Source: Promethearchaeota archaeon (GTDB lineage: Archaea; Asgardarchaeota; Lokiarchaeia; Sigyniarchaeales; SOKP01). Taken from it: a stretch of DNA of 30,764 nt. Numbering within the stretch: the first letter of the stretch is position 1; every line of letters begins with the position of its first letter. Below, piece after piece: positions 26,945 to 30,764 of this stretch. Both the position numbers and the translations under genes were made by a program. The DNA lies in the NCBI GenBank assembly GCA_008080735.1, contig SHMW01000051.1:1-30764 (forward strand). The letters are read 5' to 3'. The notes beneath the pieces are model-generated. The model was not told the origin of the DNA and did no database searches. It was given only the letters and a program-made list of their open reading frames with translations.

Positions 26945-28933
26945 TTAAGCTTTGTTTAGAAAAATATAGTTATGTGCGATTCTCCGTTTATCTTTTCCCG
27001 CGAGGATATGAATATGTTTTATGGTTTTAAGCGATTCTTGGGAAAAATTATCTAAGGGAATATAGACTATATTTCGATGCTTGACTCCCGCTAAAGAATT
27101 AAAATAGGTTCGAGGAGGCTTCTTTGCCACATAAACGATATGTTTTTCTCGTGAATATAGAATCGCAGCTTTCAGCAATCGTTCAGCCTTATTTTTCATA
27201 TCCTTATATAAATAATCGTTATGTGTTGCAAAGACTTGAGCTAAATAGACTGGAGGAAAAATTGAAAGCAAACCTCCAACTTCGACGTGTGATATTCCCG
27301 GACCAATGAGGTATTCTCCGGGATTGGTGGAATAGAAAGCCAAATTACTCTCTTTATCATGCTCAGCCCACCAGGTAAGCTTATAGGGATAGTTTTCTTC
27401 TTTCCCATCATCCTCGTCAAAAATAACCACTAGAGTATCAACTTTTCCTTGGATTTGCTGTTCATTTTTTACATATATCTTTTGTTTGATGCCCCAATCT
27501 CGAATGGTTTCTTTAATGGCGATCCCATCCTTGATGCTAGATTGAAATTCTTCGATTTTAATTCGCTGATCTTTCAAATTCTTAATTGCTTTTTTCCTAA
27601 TAAACGCAAAATAATCTTCTTCTAATCTGTCTTCGGGAGGATAGGAAACAGTATTCCATTTACCCTCTTCCCACTGGTCTTTCCACTCTCCAGGATAATG
27701 CTCTTCTGGGCGCTCTTTTAAAGGGATATCTTTCTGATCTTCCGTATAAGATGGTTGAGATCTTCGCAACTTGATATAACGGCCCTCAACATCATATCCA
27801 CCTTCCATTGTCAGTTCTAAGGTTTCATATTTATCACTATCATCATTATAGGGATAGTGTGTGGCGATTTCCAATACTTTCCACGCATAATTATCATCTA
27901 CAACGTTTTTAGCTGCGATTAGAAGATGAAAAAGATGAGGTAAAAGACGATCCTCGGTAATAGCTAAGTTTCGTGTATATTGGAATAAAGTTTTAAGCTT
28001 GTGTAAGTCGAGGATTTCTTTATATTCCTCTTGATACGCGTTTCTTGCTTGTAAGAGAATCTCCCTAATATGAAGATTTTTATCAAATGTTTCAATTAGT
28101 GTATGGAGTTCTTCTGGAGTTTTTATGCTGGAAAACACAGTATCCGCAAGTTCAGTTCGAAAATTCACCCATTGATCAGTATGATATGGTAATTCTTTTA
28201 GAATAAAACGGGCATCAGAACCACGTATGTTATAAATTTTAATATACTTATGTGGGATAACATCGATATCTACCTCTTCCACAAGAGAAGTATGCTCAAG
28301 ATAAAATCTAATCCCTTCCCAGTGTGCCATCCCGCAGACAAATAAAATTCGATGGTATAAGGGCATCAATTCTAACAAATTAGATGCCATATATTGTTCT
28401 CTTAGAATATCTATCTCCACATTATCATATCCACCAACCTCCTCATTATGCACATATTCATTAAAATCGATCGAAGTTCGCAATGATTCTTTCTCTTGGC
28501 TCCATCCCTCCTCCAAGCAATTTTGGACAATGTTATAGAATTCGGTGAGTTCGATCGAGCTTAATGCGTGATCATCGGGTAATTGCATGCTTTCAGGATG
28601 ATAATCTTTCACAGAAAAATCAACAAATTCTAAATCCGTTTCATGCTCATGGCTAATACGGATGGCTTCGATGATCGAGTCTCCAGGATCTATTGGGATA
28701 AAATTGAGCCTTTTCGGTTTTAACGAGTCAGCATACCCGATTAAAGATAAATAAGGCAATCTGTCAACGGCTTCGTTAATTTCTTCATAGATATTTATGG
28801 GTAACTCTACCGCAATTAAATCGGGATAGACCTGGTAAAATGCTTCCTTGACCAGTTTGGCAAACTCGATTCTAGAGTGGAAGCTGGGGATCACATAAAT
28901 ATTTTTATATTTGATAAATGGTTGACTTTCCAC
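26945..28933 (-). CDS. Large uncharacterised protein with an N-terminal TraB/Tiki/EreA-like domain
   Basis: IPSFH, IAVELP, LREQYMA and FVCGMAHW match the H/E/R-M/GxxH pattern. The C-terminal region (SYPPED, WWAEH) was not recognised. GTG start. Confidence 0.6.
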   Translation of the reverse strand: MESQPFIKYKNIYVIPSFHSRIEFAKLVKEAFYQVYPDLIAVELPINIYEEINEAVDRLPYLSLIGYADSLKPKRLNFIPIDPGDSIIEAIRISHEHETDLEFVDFSVKDYHPESMQLPDDHALSSIELTEFYNIVQNCLEEGWSQEKESLRTSIDFNEYVHNEEVGGYDNVEIDILREQYMASNLLELMPLYHRILFVCGMAHWEGIRFYLEHTSLVEEVDIDVIPHKYIKIYNIRGSDARFILKELPYHTDQWVNFRTELADTVFSSIKTPEELHTLIETFDKNLHIREILLQARNAYQEEYKEILDLHKLKTLFQYTRNLAITEDRLLPHLFHLLIAAKNVVDDNYAWKVLEIATHYPYNDDSDKYETLELTMEGGYDVEGRYIKLRRSQPSYTEDQKDIPLKERPEEHYPGEWKDQWEEGKWNTVSYPPEDRLEEDYFAFIRKKAIKNLKDQRIKIEEFQSSIKDGIAIKETIRDWGIKQKIYVKNEQQIQGKVDTLVVIFDEDDGKEENYPYKLTWWAEHDKESNLAFYSTNPGEYLIGPGISHVEVGGLLSIFPPVYLAQVFATHNDYLYKDMKNKAERLLKAAILYSREKHIVYVAKKPPRTYFNSLAGVKHRNIVYIPLDNFSQESLKTIKHIHILAGKDKRRIAHNYIFLNKA

Positions 28934-29138
28934 AATTAACAGTAAGGTTTGATAAATTATTATTGTTTTCGATTAGAGAGATCGCAATTTGGTTATTATA
29001 ATTGTATAGTTAGGATTTGAAAGTAGCGAAGAAAATTTTTGAAATGAAAATACATGATTTATAATCAGAAACAAATATTAACGAATATTAATACATTCAC
29101 CTATATGTTAAATAAATCAAATCTAAGATTATTATAAT

Positions 29139-30650
29139 ATGAATGTAATTGTAATTGGTTCTGGGCTCTCTGGGCTTACTTCAGCGGCTTTAATGGCTCA
29201 GAAAAATCACTCGGTAATTCTTTTTGAGCAAAATGAAACTATTGGAGGGATAACTGCTACTATAGAGAAAGATGGCTATAAATGGGATTGGGGGCAGATG
29301 CTAATTCCCGACTTAAGCCAAGGAGAACCGGGAAGAAAGATACTTGAACAATTAGGCGTCTCGGACATGGTCCAAGTCGTTAAGTCTTATAGAGAAAATT
29401 ATTTTCCTGATTTCCGTATTAGTAGACCAGAAACCTATAGAGGAATTTATTGGAGGAAAGACTATTTTAAAGAATTATTTCCAGAAAATGCTGAAGGATT
29501 AGAAAAATACTACAAGATATATGATAGGATTCATGATATAATGGCCTTGTCCAATAAAAATGACCTTTTATCAAAGATAAAGTTATTTGTAAAGTTTCTT
29601 CCATTGATGAGAAAAAAGAATTGGAGCGCTTACGAGCTAATGGAATATTGTTTTCCTGGGAATGAGAAACTACATATGGTCTTTATGGGAATTTTGGCTG
29701 ATTATGTTTCTTCCCCCAAAACATTTCCTGGGTTAATCATTCCGACGATAAATGCAGAATCCCAATATGATGAGCGTGTTCCCCTTGATTACGGAAAACA
29801 CGAGCATCGCTCTTCATGGACATATATTATTAATGGAACGGGTTCATTGGTAGAAGCCTTAGCTACTGCTGCGAAGAAGTATAATGTTGAGATAAAAACT
29901 AATAGAGCAATTTCTAAAATTAGAATTAAAAACGGAAAGGTGATTGGAACTGAAACTGAGAATGGAGAAGTGTTTGATACCGATATTGTGATAGCCAGCG
30001 GAGGAGCACGAGAATTATTCTTAGAACTTGTTGGAAAAGAACATTTATCTCAGGAATATATCAATACATACCTTCAAAATCTTGAAATTACCGAATCCGT
30101 CTTTATGGTTCATCTTGGAGTAGATTATGACCCATCAGTTTATCAAAACAGTGCTGCACTTTGTTATTATTACTTGGGATATGATATAGAAAATACAATA
30201 AAAGAATGTAAAGAGGGAAAATACCATGAAGGGGAAGAGGGCTTTCTTGCCTATATTCCTTCGAAGCATAGTCCACAGATGGCGCCCTCGGGTCAACATT
30301 CAATTACTATTTATACCATAGCACCAAATAATCCAGTAAATGGTACTTGGGAAAACAACAAAGTCGAATGGGCTGAAAAGCTTTTGGATATTGCCGAAGA
30401 ATTTATTCCTGGATTACGAGGGCATGAACAAACAAGAATCGTTCTTACTCCCGAAGATTTTAGAGAGAGAACCTATCTTGATTATCATGCGTTCGGTGGA
30501 ACGGTGCCCCATCTAAAAGTACCTCCTCCACCGCACAAAACCCCAATCGAAGGATTATGGTTTGTTGGAGCTCAGAGTGAAAACTTTGGAGGCGTTACAG
30601 GTGCAATGACAGGTGCCCTTGATACAGTAAATCAAATTTTTAAAGATTAA
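29139..30650 (+). CDS. FAD-dependent oxidoreductase, phytoene desaturase (CrtI)/COG1233 family
   Basis: VIVIGSGLSGL..A..E....GG Rossmann motif, GYKWDWG, S.FMVHLG, P.MAP.G, TPEDF and GLWFVG...GGV.GA. Confidence 0.85.
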   Translation: MNVIVIGSGLSGLTSAALMAQKNHSVILFEQNETIGGITATIEKDGYKWDWGQMLIPDLSQGEPGRKILEQLGVSDMVQVVKSYRENYFPDFRISRPETYRGIYWRKDYFKELFPENAEGLEKYYKIYDRIHDIMALSNKNDLLSKIKLFVKFLPLMRKKNWSAYELMEYCFPGNEKLHMVFMGILADYVSSPKTFPGLIIPTINAESQYDERVPLDYGKHEHRSSWTYIINGTGSLVEALATAAKKYNVEIKTNRAISKIRIKNGKVIGTETENGEVFDTDIVIASGGARELFLELVGKEHLSQEYINTYLQNLEITESVFMVHLGVDYDPSVYQNSAALCYYYLGYDIENTIKECKEGKYHEGEEGFLAYIPSKHSPQMAPSGQHSITIYTIAPNNPVNGTWENNKVEWAEKLLDIAEEFIPGLRGHEQTRIVLTPEDFRERTYLDYHAFGGTVPHLKVPPPPHKTPIEGLWFVGAQSENFGGVTGAMTGALDTVNQIFKD

Positions 30651-30764
30651 GAAAATCATTTTGATTATTTTTTCATTTTTATATAATAAATCGATAGAGC
30701 AACAACCGAATAGACAATTATTATTTAAATTATAAATTATATTATATTCTGTAATTAAGCAATA

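Noticed and set aside
637-30303. Short ORFs antisense to or nested in longer genes (e.g. 637-957, 9665-10033, 16090-16353, 22317-22601, 22479-22847, 24439-24663)
   Set aside because: They are shadows of well-supported genes and show no motifs of their own.
1-30764. CRISPR array, transposase, integrase or prophage genes
   Set aside because: No regularly spaced repeats or mobile-element protein motifs were seen.

Overview
AT-rich chromosomal window with no tRNA, rRNA, CRISPR array or transposase. Gene content points to an Asgard archaeon, probably Lokiarchaeia-like: there is an eL22-like ribosomal protein, a longin-like protein, TFS, a GAN/RecJ-like nuclease, a Tes-like tetraether synthase and form III RuBisCO. 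The most notable locus (4957-8432) is a catalytically intact form III RuBisCO, translationally coupled to a purine-type nucleoside hydrolase and converging on a ribose-1,5-bisphosphate isomerase. A ROK sugar kinase and a phosphohexo/pentomutase lie about 3-6 kb away. This suggests a hydrolytic (free-ribose) entry into the RuBisCO nucleoside-salvage pathway instead of the textbook AMP-phosphorylase entry. Reading the raw sequence also showed five things the ORF track misses or does not explain. These are an orphan 58-aa lysW gene, a probable ATT start codon for the phosphomutase, a free-standing ~145-nt multi-stem RNA-like element with mutually exclusive pairings, a ~105-aa Met/Pro-rich STI1-like insert in an ABC ATPase, and a tandem operator-like repeat upstream of padR. 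All assignments come from motif recognition by eye; no searches were run.
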